A stretch of 32,075 nucleotides of DNA from Octopus bimaculoides (GCF_001194135.2 NC_068986.1:53149148-53181222), one strand, 5' to 3'. Shown: positions 10,932-22,610, counted from the first letter of the stretch. The notes: generated by a model not told the origin, from the sequence alone. Translations and numbers: made by a program.

Positions 10932-11298
10932 AATGTTGTTACCAGTTCAAATATACTTGTGGCACGTTCGCATTCGCACCTATCCAGACTGTGAGATTCA
11001 GGCATTTCGGAGTGGTTATCTCCTCCTCGGTTACAGAAACCGAACTGGAATAGCATAAGAGAGGCAATCTCTCTTATTCAACTCGCAACGTACCCTGTTC
11101 AATTTCTATGACTGAAGAGGAGATAACCACTCCGAAATGCTTGCATCTCACAGTCTGGATAGGTGGTGCTGCGTGCTGATTCAGGTGCATTTAAGCCATT
11201 TGTATACAGCAAGAAATTTTCTCCATAACAAAACACAGCGAATGGCTTGTTTACGAGTTCGAACGTGCCACAACTATATTTGAATTGATAATAACATA
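10932..11298. repeat. Nested inverted-repeat (fold-back/MITE-like) element
   Basis: 10977-11025 and 11117-11165 are reverse complements at 47/49. 11027-11048 and 11094-11115 match at 16/22. The outer arms are 10932-10970 and 11260-11298. A 9-bp hairpin sits at 11055-11077. Confidence 0.85.
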
Positions 11299-11489
11299 TT
11301 GTCTCAGTCATTATGCTTGTAAATTCAGTCAGAAAATGTAATTGCGGTTGCTTCTGATAGAGCCCTATGAAGGAAGCTCCTAAAGATCTACTCCCCGGAA
11401 TAGTGGGCAGGGAAGATGGATGGATTGGTGGATCGAGAAAAAAGAAACGCTAAGAATCCTCATTTCATCTCACCTCATAAAACAATTCA

Positions 11490-11537
11490 CAGGTGATGGA
11501 GTTAAACCAGGTGATGGAGTTAAACCAGGTGATGGAT
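11490..11537. repeat. 18-bp tandem repeat, about 2.6 copies
   Basis: The unit CAGGTGATGGAGTTAAAC starts at 11490 and 11508, with a partial copy at 11526. Confidence 0.9.
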
Positions 11538-12599
11538 TAAGGCAACCATCGAAGAACTGAGAGCGCAAAGATCCGGCACACATGCCGTAAGATAACCTCA
11601 TCTCACGCTCTAACACCACTCTGTACCACTGCATTACTTTATAGACGAAGAAACAATAAAAAGCAAATTACCCTCGATGGGATTTGAACGCAAGGCGGTG
11701 GAACAACTATCAAATGGAACATTTTTTCTAGCTATGTACCTCTAAGGAATCTACCTTTTCGCCACTTTACATGAAAAAAGGCTTCAATGAGAATACATTA
11801 CACACCAATTACAGCAGCTAGGATTATATACAACATATAACTTGTCATTGAGTATTTAAACGCAAAAACTACTACTGCTTCTACGTTCAAAAACTTATAT
11901 GCATAAATAGATATTATTTTTCAATATTCTTGGATGAAATTCTTCTCAGTATTTAGCTAATCTCATTTATGTTCTTTCCTTTCGAATCATGCCCAGATGG
12001 TCCTTTTGCTTTTCTTACCCTGAAGTCGATAAAATAAAGTTCTGCGATCAATTTAATTGAGTATTCTCTAGAAGGTGGTACTTGGGCGTGGCCATAGTCC
12101 AGTGATAGAAATCAATAAAATCGAAACAGCAAGCGAGAAAAACAGACAGGTTGAAAGAGGAAAGAATACAAATATTCACGTTTATAAGCTCACACGTGAA
12201 TTTATATCTAATCGTGATTAGCAACTTATAAATTTGGAATATGTGCTAAAATACATGCGTCATCAGTTATAACATATTCAGAATGTAATTAACATTTATC
12301 TTATCAACTTCGGATAAGTGCAAGGCAAACAAGAGTGTAAACTCAGAAAATATAGGGACATTAACTAAATAGAAGTTTTATCTAATATATTAATGAGTCA
12401 GTCATTCATGGCCTTATATATAATTAGAGATAATAATTAAAAAAAATTTATATTAGCAACACTAATGGATTGTGCCATTCGAGTGTTGGCGATAATCGTT
12501 CCAGCTCTTTGTGATTTGAGTTCAAATCTTGTTGCAGTCAACTTTACCTTTCATACTTCCGGCATCGATGAATGCCAGTAATATACAGGATTACGATTC

Positions 12600-12602
<3 letters not shown>

Positions 12603-12688
<86 letters not shown>
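12603..12688. repeat. (CT)n microsatellite
   Basis: Read directly; a second CT-rich tract lies at about 15505-15615. Confidence 0.95.
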
Positions 12689-12690
<2 letters not shown>

Positions 12691-13074
12691 AATCATCCAT
12701 GCTATGCTGTGAAAGGGTTGTGCAGGGCTTCTCATAATATCTCTTGTTTCCTCAAAACAAATAAATAAAAAGAGGACAGGTGAGCTTCTGACTTTTCCTT
12801 GGAAAGTGTGTGCGCCGATATATCAATATGATGTACGGTATGAAGCATTTTAAAGAGGAGTGGAACTTTGTAAACAATACTTTTACAGTAAAACTAACGA
12901 TAATACTGGGTATGCCTTTAAAATTCATCCGCTAATGGGGCTCTGGATCCAAGGAGTATGGAACCGCCTCTTAGTCACTATTGTTCACAGGTCTATATTG
13001 ACCCAAGGCAGTAGCACTCGTAAGAGTACCAGCTATTGGTTAATTAGTAAGTCAGTCGAACAGGTGGAACTCGT

Positions 13075-13535
13075 AAGCCTGGGTGATGGCAAACTATCTA
13101 AGGGAAAGTAATTCCTGATTTCAAACTTCCACTGCCTTGCAGCTTTACTCAGCTATGGGAAAGGCCTCGAGAGTAAACGCTGATAGAAAAACGAGTCGAA
13201 GCCCCTGGGGCAGTTAGACGTTGCTAACAACCCCGTTCTGAAAACTCCTGCATCGACGCTGGTACGACATTGTAACAGCCGTGCTATTCTTTTGGATCGA
13301 TCACTGATGTGGAGGGATGGGGGACACGCTGCATTAACAACAGCTTGTACAGGCTTACATCCAATTAAACGCCCTATACTTTAGAGATAGAACCAGACAA
13401 CTCAAACAGCACCTGGATAGCCTATAAGTGCAGCTCGTGTGGCAGAAACTACCATTCACGCATTCTCCGCCACAGACAACACAGCGAACAAGCAGGACCG
13501 TTATCCAGTCATTAATGGCAAGTGGAGGCCTCAAA
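13075..13535 (+). mobile_element. Possible RTE-type LINE remnant with a decayed C-terminal zinc knuckle
   Basis: 13423-13515 translates as YKCSSCGRNYHSRILRHRQH..., resembling the CxxCGR.C.SRIGL.SH.R terminus of RTE ORFs. The upstream part is GC-richer, non-coding and repeat-like. Confidence 0.4.
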
Positions 13536-13875
13536 AAGCAATGCTGACCATTACGAGTTAACGAGGAAGCTACTATGTGCCCGCTCGGCCTGCTATAAAT
13601 AGTGAGCGAGTAACCCACAAACGGGATCCAACCGTCGTAAAAATAAGATACGTTAAGCTATATAGTCCTACATATCGCCCTGAAAATACGAATAGGCTGA
13701 TCATGACCGAAATTATCCTGGCATCTCTCGTTCAACAGTGACTACGAAAAGAATCGAATTCTCTAAACCCCACGATGGCTTATTAAATGTGCAAACTTTA
13801 GCTTAGCGGGGACTTTACCATTCTGCCAATTAGAATGATCATATAAATGTTAAGCACACACACCGAAGCACACGT

Positions 13876-13924
<49 letters not shown>

Positions 13925-14105
13925 CATACAAATACATATACAACAGGCTTAGTTATTTTGCTTTACTTTCCCAGTAGACGCCGACGTTTGTGTTATTATA
14001 TCTGATCTGGTTACTAATATTCTTTCTTTCATATTTTTATCGCCAGTAATGGCTGCAACAGCTCATATTGCAGTAACAAATATGACGCTTGCTGTAGTGG
14101 TTTTA

Positions 14106-14187
14106 TGTTGCTGTTGTCGCCATTGTTGCAGTTGTCGCCATTGTTGCTGTTGTCGCCATTGTTGCTGTTGTCGCCATTGTTGCTGTT
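14106..14187. repeat. 18-bp tandem repeat, about 4.5 copies
   Basis: Unit TGTTGCTGTTGTCGCCAT. Confidence 0.9.
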
Positions 14188-14445
14188 CTTGTTGTTTATT
14201 CATGCTACTGTCATTGCTATATTGTTAGTTAATGTAGCTACTGATATTTGTGTTGTCACTACTGTATTAGCTGACAAAACCAAGTTAGCCTAGATTTCAG
14301 AGCCCTGGAAATGGCGTCACATCTTTTTTTTTTTTTCCCCAGATGCTGTGTATCGAGGACGCAGAAACACCGATCACCTCATATTTTCTTTAGAATATTG
14401 AACTTATACTATATATTATATACTCCTATTTTATGCTTGTTTTAC

Positions 14446-14665
14446 AAGATGGCTTAGGACACGAACTGGCAGAATCGTTAACACGCAGAGCAAAATTCTT
14501 AGCTGCATTTCGTCCGTCTTTACGCTCTGAATCCAAATTCCACCGACATTGCCTTTCGTCTTTTCGGGGTCGATGAACTAAGTACTAGTGGAACACTGGA
14601 GTCGATGTAATCGACTAGTCGCTCCCCGAAATTTCAGACTTTGTGCCTATAGCAGAAAGGATATT
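14446..14665 (+). mobile_element. SINE family A
   Basis: Head GAACTGGCAGAATCGTTAAC, core TTTGCCTTTCGTCTTTTCGGGGTCGATGAA, tail TTGTGCCTATAGCAGAAAGG. Confidence 0.85.
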
Positions 14666-15173
14666 ACTAGATAGCTTTTTAATGGGTTGGCCAGTGTCTC
14701 CTTCGTGTCTTAGGCAGTATAATATGGTTCTAAGGAAAATTTAGCTACTATTTCAAATAGATCAACTGATCGACTACATAGAGACTTTCACGTTAACTCA
14801 TATGATGATTGTGTGGTTGTTGTTACTGTTTTCGTAATTGTAGTTGCAGTTTCTCTTGTTATGGCTGCAGATACATGCGTATTGGATAGTGGCCGGTAGA
14901 ATGTAGAGGACGTCGAACACAAAAGTGTGTTGCAGCATTCACTTACGAACTTTTACATATCAGGATTGACCCATGTTGTGGTTGACTTCATTCATCATAT
15001 TTCCACTACCGATAAAATAATTGGAATCGATTGGAAAAGATTGGAATCGAGCTGGGTGAGTTGTCAGAGCATCATATTAGACTACTTTGTAGTATTTATT
15101 TCAGCTCTATGCTGTGATTAAAATTCCAAGGCGGTCACCTTTACTTTTCGATGTTGATTTATATAAAGTACTT

Positions 15174-15378
15174 AAGACGGCAAGTTGGCAGAATTATTGG
15201 CATGCCGGACCAAATGCTTAGCGGCTTTACGTTCTGAGTTTACATTTTGCCGAGATCAACTTTGCTTTTCAACCTTTCGAGGCCGATGAAATAAGTACCA
15301 GTTGTGCACTGGGTTCAATGTAATCGACAAGCCACTGCCTCCCAAAATTTCAGGCCTTGTGCCTATAGTAAAAAGATA
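15174..15378 (+). mobile_element. SINE family A
   Basis: AAGACGGCAAGTTGGCAGAATT...GTTCTGAGTT...TTTGCTTTTCAACCTTTCGAGG...GGCCTTGTGCCTATAG. Confidence 0.85.
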
Positions 15379-15533
15379 TCAGTCCAGAACGATGCATTGG
15401 TGGATTGTCAGAGTGGTAGACGAGTGACCTTGCAGCATCATTTCGAAATCTTGATGCTTTAAGTTCAAATTCCACCTCTTAACACTGACCTCGTCATGGC
15501 GTCACTATACAGTCTTCTCTCTCTTCCTCTCTC

Positions 15534-15582
<49 letters not shown>

Positions 15583-16202
15583 ATCTCTCTCTTTCTTTCT
15601 CTCTTTCTCTCTCTTCAGACGTAATCTAAATTTCCCATTATGATTTTCCTATTTTAAAGACTGTAAGGCGTGTTTGTAAAGAAGATTTTGACTGCTGTTT
15701 CTGTAGCGATGTTGCCGATATCTAGCCCCAAGTTAGTTCTGATCAAAGGCATTCTAGATTTTCCATGCGATCATCTCATTTAACACTGTGCAGCTAACAC
15801 AGAACTAATATAGAATTATTCGATGTGTCTTATTCCTGAGGCTGTTGTGTGCGATTTAATAGAGATCGGGCTGTTTTTTTCCAGCAAGTGACACGAACAC
15901 GTAGAGTCTCATTCGCTGGCTCCATTTCTATTAACTCCAGCGCTCAGGTAGAAGTTACTTCATCGGCTCGTAAACGATCGTCATTGTTATCGTTGTTGCT
16001 ATTTTCGATATAACACGACTATATGCCTAATATTGTTTGTACTTGGTCTTGTTATTTCAGTCCTATTTATACACCCTCTCACCACTATATCTACTCTCAA
16101 TTCTACTGTTACTGTTGCTGTCGATGTTGCTCTTGTTCTTGTTCTCTTGTTGAAACTGTTTCATCTTCTGTGATTTTAACCTTATTTATTGTGTCTCTGG
16201 AG

Positions 16203-16578
16203 TGGAGGCGCAATGGCCCAGTGGTTAGGGCAGCGAACTCGCGGGCATAGGATCGCGGTTTCGATTCCCAGACCGGGCGTTGTGAGTGTTTATTGAGCGA
16301 AAACACCTAAGGCTCCGGCAGGGGGTGGTGGCGAACCCTGCTGTACTCTTCCACCACAACTTTCTCTCACTCTTACTTCATGTTTCTGTTGTGCCTGTAA
16401 TTCAAAGGGTCGGCCTTGTCACACTGTGTCACGCTGAATATCCCTGAGAACTACGTTAAGAGTACACGTGTCTGTGGAATGCTCAGCCACTTGCACGTTA
16501 ATTTCACGAGCAGGCTGTTCCGTTGATCGGATCAACTGGAACCCTCGACGTCGTAAGCGACGGAGTGCCAGCAACAAC
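16203..16578 (+). mobile_element. Long (~370 bp) tRNA-headed SINE with a (CAA)n tail, copy 1
   Basis: A-box TGGCCCAGTGG and B-box GGTTTCGATTCC. It is highly similar over its full length to 21794-22156 and ends GGAGTGCCAGCAACAAC. Confidence 0.9.
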
Positions 16579-18357
16579 ATTGTATCAACAACAACATTGG
16601 AGCAATTTTTCAGGCATAGTCTTTTCTTTTTTTTTTTTTTAAGTCGATCATATACTTGTTTCTGTCTGGTCTTGATCTTATCTTATGGAGTAACTGAAAG
16701 GGTAGAGTACCCGACTCAATAATTTCAGTTTAGTTCCAGCTTTCTACGTTGCAAAGCATGACAGGTTTTTTTCTAAGGTTCGGCAGGAGAGGGATGGCCG
16801 CACCCAAGACATTTTGTTTTTGCTGTTTGGGGGCTCTTATTTCATATTCATTTATTTGCAGGACCTCTGAGATTTGTGTGAAGGAAAGGAAGTGGGAAAA
16901 GGAAACTAAAACGGAAACTAAGACACACAAATTGCTACCGTATGAAGCAATTCATCAAACTGAGAAACCTATCCTTAAACCGAGACAACTGGTCACAATA
17001 CAAACAACAGACGAAACTGTTAAAGGTAACCAATTATGATTAGCAACAGTTATGTGGTGACGTCAACACAATTGATTATGCTCCTGCTCATGCAGCTGCT
17101 CCAGAAATTAGTGGCTTTATGCCAATGTAAGTAACAGTTATATAAGTGGATATCAGCAACTTATTTAATATATAGAGCATTAAAATGCTAGCGTAGAATA
17201 AAATATGTGGTGAACAAGAAAAACAAAAAGACATGAATATTAATGGAGAGATAATATCAGTGATTCACTCGTGTTTTTATATTTTCTCACTACATATTTT
17301 ATTGTATTCTGGCTTTTTGATGTTTATTACATTAAATGAGCTGCTGGCAACCACTTATCTACTGTTTATTGTACAGATGATATCTTATCTTAGCTCAGAA
17401 TTATTTAATTTCTGAACAGTCAGCAATAGGTTAGCAGAATCGGTAGCGTGTCAGACCTTGTGATATATGATCACGTCCTTTTATGCTCTCGGTTCATAAT
17501 CTTTCCCAGTTTAACTTTGCCTTTCATCTCTCCGAAGTTAGTGAAATTAGTACAAAATAAAATCTGTTGTGATGACGAAATTATCGATTAAAACTCTTGG
17601 AGGTGATGCTGCGAGATGGTTGTAGTCCAGTGACTCAAACCAGTAAAAAATAATTCTATTCTTTTTTACGCTAATAAACAAACGTCTCTGTATATTTACA
17701 TAACGATGCTTTCGCTACCACTTTAGTAAGTTACTAAGACGTTATATTTCTACAGATGACGCTAGGATAAACCTTCAATATGTCCTTAGCTGTCTCAAGT
17801 ATTTGGTGGATAAATGAAAACAAAATATCAGCCATCGACAAAACTTGCTTTATTCTATTGTTCTCACTACATATTTTATTTTTTTGGCATTCATATACTG
17901 ACAATTATTTACTATTTACCACGCATCTCAGAGTATATTTATGGAATTATTGTCATCATCATCACTGAATTGTCATGACAATTCACTTTTCATCATTTAA
18001 CTGGTTGATAAAATAAAGTATGGAAGCAGGGAAGCACTGGGTTCGATACAATCGACTGTTTCCTCCTCTCAAATGGCTGCCCTTGTATCGAAATTAGAAA
18101 CGGTTATTATTGGGATATTAAGACGGCGAATAAAATACATTGTGATACTCGGAGTTACATCTTTTCGCATTATGAGTTCAAGTCCCACTAGGGTCGATAA
18201 AATAAATATTAGTCCAGATCTTGAGGTCGATTTAATCGACTTAAACCCTCTTCTATAAAATCTGCAGCACTGTATTCTTAGGGACACGGTCAACATTGTG
18301 TAAATGAATCTATTGTTCCCAGCAACGTTATTCATTTGCAGCAGTTGAAATTTATTC

Positions 18358-18401
<44 letters not shown>

Positions 18402-18424
18402 CGGTGGTGGTGGTGGTGGTGGTG
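18358..18424. repeat. (GAT)n-(GGT)n microsatellite running into a gap
   Basis: Read directly; N at 18425-18653. Confidence 0.95.
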
Positions 18425-18758
18425 NNNNNNNNNNNNNNNNNNNNNNNNNNNNNNNNNNNNNNNNNNNNNNNNNNNNNNNNNNNNNNNNNNNNNNNNNNNN
18501 NNNNNNNNNNNNNNNNNNNNNNNNNNNNNNNNNNNNNNNNNNNNNNNNNNNNNNNNNNNNNNNNNNNNNNNNNNNNNNNNNNNNNNNNNNNNNNNNNNNN
18601 NNNNNNNNNNNNNNNNNNNNNNNNNNNNNNNNNNNNNNNNNNNNNNNNNNNNNAGCTCCTTACGTCCCGAGGTTCAAATCTCATCGTGGTCGATAAGATA
18701 AAGTATCAGTCAAATACCGGCGTCGATGATGTCAACTAACACTCTACTTTCGACACTA

Positions 18759-20635
18759 CCGTATTTTCCGGTGTATAAGCCGCTATTTTATTTTATCTGG
18801 GAAATCTAATGTACGGCTAATAGAAAGGTGCGCCTAATGTTGGTTATTTTTTAAGTTTCAGGAGGAAACTAATTTGTGTATGGCGATCGACTCATTCCAC
18901 TGATTTTTTTCAGAGGAAATGTCGGTCGGTGAATAATGTGAAAGACTACTGTTACAGTACATTGGTGCCCGGAAGAAAACAAAGCATATTTGTTTTGTTT
19001 TACAATCATATTTTGATAATGTTATTTTTAATCTAAGAAAGATTTTAATATTGACGGAATGTGTTTGTTGTTGATTATAGTAAGATAAAATCATAACAAT
19101 ATCAATACATCTTATAGTTGTAAAATAAGCACCAAAGAATTATAAAGTAATCATAATGTTCTTTGAAAGCACTAGAAACATAGTTTATTCACATTTATTC
19201 GTTGTCCGGATCGCTGCTGAAACTCTCATCTTCTGTGTCTGAGTGAAACAATTCTGCTAGGTCAGGTGCAAGACGGGAGTCGAAGTTGACAAACGGGTCA
19301 TCGTCTTCACTGTCGAAATCAAAGTCGGAGTCATCTGAAGGCAGTATCTCAGCTTTCTCGAAACCTTTGACTACACACGTCTTTGGTACGGACTTTGCTG
19401 CTGTAATCACCCATGATGCGACTTCTGGAAGCGATGCACAGCGAGTCTTCCAGCTGCTGTGAATGATTTTTCCCCGATGTCATCCAGATCTCCCACTGCA
19501 TTCTCATGTGGATTTTGAATGTACGGTTAATGCTGATGTCTAACCGCTGAAGTAACTTGATCATTCTGCCTGGTATGATGGTTGGCATGGTGTTTATACG
19601 GTCTAGGGCGTCCTTCACGTAATCTGTAATATGGGCACGCTTGTTGTCCAAAACTAGAATTGCTCTGTGGCGGTGAAAGAACCCATCCAGGCGCTTGACG
19701 AAACACTCTGTTATCCATGCTTTCATCATGTCGTTGTCCATCCAGTCCTTTTCGTTTTCTTTAACGATGACACCCTTTGGAAATTTGTCTTTCGGCATGG
19801 TCTTTGTTTTGAAGATCAGCATTGGTGGTAGAAGAATACCAGAGGTGGTGCATGAGAGTAAGCAGATGAAACTGGATTTCTCGTGGCCTGTCGTTTTAAT
19901 GTTTATGGTTTGGGTACCAACTTTCTCTAGTCTTGTCCATTGGCATGTCAAAGTTGAGTGAGACCTCGTCCGTGTTGATAACTTGGTCAGTACTGACTGT
20001 GTGGTCTGTTATTTTAGTCTTACAGTAGTTTGAAGAGTTGAAGTTTTTCTGCAAAGTCTGCCGGCAGAGTCTGGCACAACGTTGTTCTGGCTCTCAGTGA
20101 CAGTGGCTTTCTTCGCATGAACCGGAGACGCCAGGATGATCCACCTTGGAAGTCGGTCAGCCCAAGGTCTTCGGCTAAGAATACTGCTTTCAATCTTATC
20201 TGTACTGCGCTTACACCTCGGTGTGAGGCTCTCTGCTTAAGTACCTAACTCTCAACCTGGTCTTCTAGGACTGGCCATCTAGCTTTCTTGCCATGATTTG
20301 CTCTTTTGGTCTTTTTGATCAGTTGCAGTGAATCTGCTTGGTTGCGCCATGAACAGACCATGGATTCATTTATGCTGTATTGCCTTGCTGTGGCTCTGTT
20401 GCCATTTTCTTTTGCGTAGTTGATACATTGTAACTTGAAGGCAGCTGTGTAACTCTTTCTCAGAGGCATTTTGAAACTACATACATGTCAACAACAAAAA
20501 AGCTAGCTATGGACCCGTAGCTCTATAGGTCCTTTAAACACCGGTGCGCCCTATGTATGGATAAAACCAACAATTTTCCCAAAAATTCGGCCCCGCGGCT
20601 TAAATACCGATGGGTTTTATAGACTGGAAATACGG
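18759..20635 (-). mobile_element. pogo-superfamily (Passer/POGK-like, Tc2-type ends) DNA transposon, about 1.88 kb, non-autonomous
   Basis: Left end TA|CCGTATTTTCCGGTGTATAA (TA at 18757-18758). Right end TTATAGACTGGAAATACGG|TA (TA at 20636-20637). These are imperfect TIRs with a TA TSD. Subterminal GGTGCGCC(C)TA motifs and an internal transposase remnant are present. Confidence 0.92.
19195..20469 (-). pseudogene. Disrupted pogo-like transposase (Brinker-type DBD, CENP-B-type HTH and DDE_1 domain)
   Basis: MPLRKSYTAAFKLQCINYAKENGNRATARQY (BrkDBD-like); ARWPVLEDQVES*VLKQR...SSWRLRFMRR..LSLRARTT (HTH, with TAG at 20245-20247 where W is expected); VINTDEV, LVLD and LQRLDISINRTFK (D-D-D triad); acidic C-terminal tail. 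There are at least three frameshifts. Confidence 0.9.
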
Positions 20636-20683
20636 TATTGACTTGATGCCTAAATTAAAAACTATTATTAGTGTTATTGTCAT

Positions 20684-20900
20684 AGACGGCGAGCTGGCAG
20701 AATCGCTAGCACGCCGGGCAAAATGCTTAGCGGCATTTCATCAGTCTTTGTGTTCTGAGTTCTAATTCCACTGGGATTGGCTTTGCCTTTCATGTTTTCA
20801 TGGTCGATAAAATAAGTACCAGTTGAATTCTGGGGTCGATGTAATCGACTTAAACCATTCCCCGGAAGTTACTGGATTTGTGCCAAAATTTGAAACTATT
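20684..20900 (+). mobile_element. SINE family A, full length
   Basis: AGACGGCGAGCTGGCAGAATCGCTAGCACGCCGGGCAAAATGCTTAGCGG...GGTCGATAAAATAAGTACCAG...TTTGTGCCAAAATTTGAAAC. Confidence 0.9.
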
Positions 20901-21344
20901 GTTATTGCTATTGCTGCTCCTGCTTAGTTGCAGTTATTTTTACTATATTCATGATTGTTGTTGTCATTTTGAAGTTCCAGGTCAACCCTTGCCTAGCAAT
21001 TCCTTACTACTTTGGTAGCGAACGCATAGATCTCGCTTCCAGTTATACCACTTCTCCGCTCAACTGGTGTGATCCCAACAGAGTGTCTGGAGCCTGTAAT
21101 GGTACTGATGTTGTAACTATTTCTGAGTGTAAGCTGAGTTGTTTTTTTTTGTTTTTGTTTTTGTTTTTTCTATGATTGGCTACAATGTTGATGTAGTGTT
21201 TCGGGTATTGTATGTGCCTGGGTATTTTAGAAGTGATTTTTTATGTAATGGCAGAGATTCTAGTGACTGGAATTTGTTGTGGCAGCAAACTGTGTCTCTC
21301 GCATATCATACCTTTCATTTTTTTTTAATATTTATATTTTCAGT

Positions 21345-21548
21345 AAAGGCGGTGAGCTAGCAGAGTCGTTAGCATGCCTGGCAAAATGCTTAGTGGCATT
21401 TCAGGGTTCAAATTCAGCCGAGGTCGACTTTGCCTTTCATCCTCTCAGGGGTCGATAAAATGAGTACCAGTTGGGCACTGGGATCGATGTAGCCGACTTA
21501 TCCCCTTCCCCGAAATTGCTGGCCTTGTGCCAAAGCATGAAACCTATA
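21345..21548 (+). mobile_element. SINE family A, full length
   Basis: AAAGGCGGTGAGCTAGCAGAGTCGTTAGC...GGTTCAAATTC...GAGGTCGACTTTGCCTTTCATCC...GGCCTTGTGCCAAAG. Confidence 0.9.
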
Positions 21549-21562
21549 ATACCATGCCTTAA

Positions 21563-21769
21563 AGCACCGAGCTGACAGAATCTTTACCGTACCGAAATTA
21601 GGGATATCTCTTCCGGTTCAATATGTTCTGCGTACATATGCCACAGCGGTTGGCTTTGTTTTTCATCCTTTCAAAACTGATAAAATAAGCACCAGTTGTT
21701 CACTGGGTTGATGTAATCGCCTTCCTCTGCCTTTAAAATTGCTTGCCTTGTACAAAAATTAGAAAGATT
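21563..21769 (+). mobile_element. Diverged SINE family A copy with a 14-bp TSD
   Basis: Direct repeat ATACCATGCCTTAA at 21549-21562 and 21770-21783; head GAGCTGACAGAATC and core GATAAAATAAGCACCAGTT. Confidence 0.8.
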
Positions 21770-21793
21770 ATACCATGCCTTAATCAGGTTGTG

Positions 21794-22156
21794 TGGAGGC
21801 GCAATGGTCCAGTGGTTAGGCAGCGGACTCGCGGTCATAAGATCGCGGTTTCGATTCTCAGACCGGGCGTTGTGACTGTTTATTGAGCGAAAACACCTAA
21901 AGCTCCACGAGGCTCCGGTAGAGGATGGTAGCGAACCCTGCTGTACTTTTTCACCACAACTTTCTCTCACTCTTACTTCCTGTTTCTGTTGTGCCTGTAA
22001 TTCAAAAGGTCAGCCTTGTCACACTGTGTCACGCTGAATAAAGGTACACGTGTCTGTGGAGTGCTCAGCCACTTGCACGCTAATTTCACGAGCAGGCTGT
22101 TCCGTTGATCGGATCAGCTGGAACCCTCGACGTCGTAAGCGACGGAGTGCCAACAC
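21794..22156 (+). mobile_element. Long tRNA-headed SINE, copy 2, with a 12-bp TSD
   Basis: Direct repeat AATCAGGTTGTG at 21782-21793 and 22157-22168; homologous to 16203-16578 apart from a short internal deletion. Confidence 0.92.
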
Positions 22157-22199
22157 AATCAGGTTGTGGACTTCACTGCGCACTTTGAAATGCAGTGAT

Positions 22200-22610
22200 A
22201 AATTTTAGGGGATGTAGTGTAAAAATCTGGATATGTTGCATTCTCTCCATTTTCCAGTCTAGCGTGGCGAACTCGGTCAGAGCGTGACAATTTCTTTTCT
22301 TACTTATTTTTGCGGGGGCACATTCCGTCACAGTGTTTCGGACTAGTGAGATTGTTTATGGTGTAGTTAGTTCTTATACGTTTGGTCCTTATTTTTGTCA
22401 CGGTTGAATGGGAGAGGTGGCATTTAGGAGTGTTGTTCTATTTTTTTCTAAGTTGCGGCATTTGGATGTGTGTTTGGGTTTGCTTGTTTTTTTCCCAATG
22501 CGGCGTTGAAGTTTGCTGCCCTTCGCATATCTAGATGGTCTTTCATTTTTAGTACTTGTGATATTTGGCTGTTGACTATGTAGAAGCTGTGAAGGTTTGT
22601 AGAGCGCTGT
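22200..22610 (-). pseudogene. Heavily decayed non-LTR retrotransposon ORF2 C-terminal remnant
   Basis: Minus-strand fragments in different frames: IQNSALQTFTAST*ST, QVLKMKDHLDMR and EKKLSRSDRVRHARL. They resemble the post-RT QNxALRTITG...xLxRLRxG region of Jockey/I-group LINEs. The clade is not resolvable by eye. Confidence 0.45.

Noticed and set aside
11380-11620. Possible RTE LINE 3' end (IKQFTGDG...IEELRA)
   Set aside because: The similarity is too short and needs a frameshift; only the 18-bp tandem repeat is reported.
14964-15055. Apparent 92-nt exon (CAG|GA...TGG|GTGAGT, LTHVVVDFIHHISTTDKIIGIDWKRLESSW)
   Set aside because: The DNA resembles a decayed SINE family A core (GTTGACTTC...CCGATAAAATAA...ATCGAT), so the open frame is probably incidental.
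16203-16280. tRNA-like sequence (also at 21794, 27770 and 7360)
   Set aside because: It has A/B boxes but no closed acceptor stem, and it continues into a long repeated body. These are SINE heads, not tRNA genes.
20981-21128. Apparent Cys-containing exon (VNPCLAIPYYFGSERIDLASSY...)
   Set aside because: The start resembles repeat family D (CCAGGTCA.CCCT), the acceptor is weak and no family is recognised. It is unsupported without RNA data.
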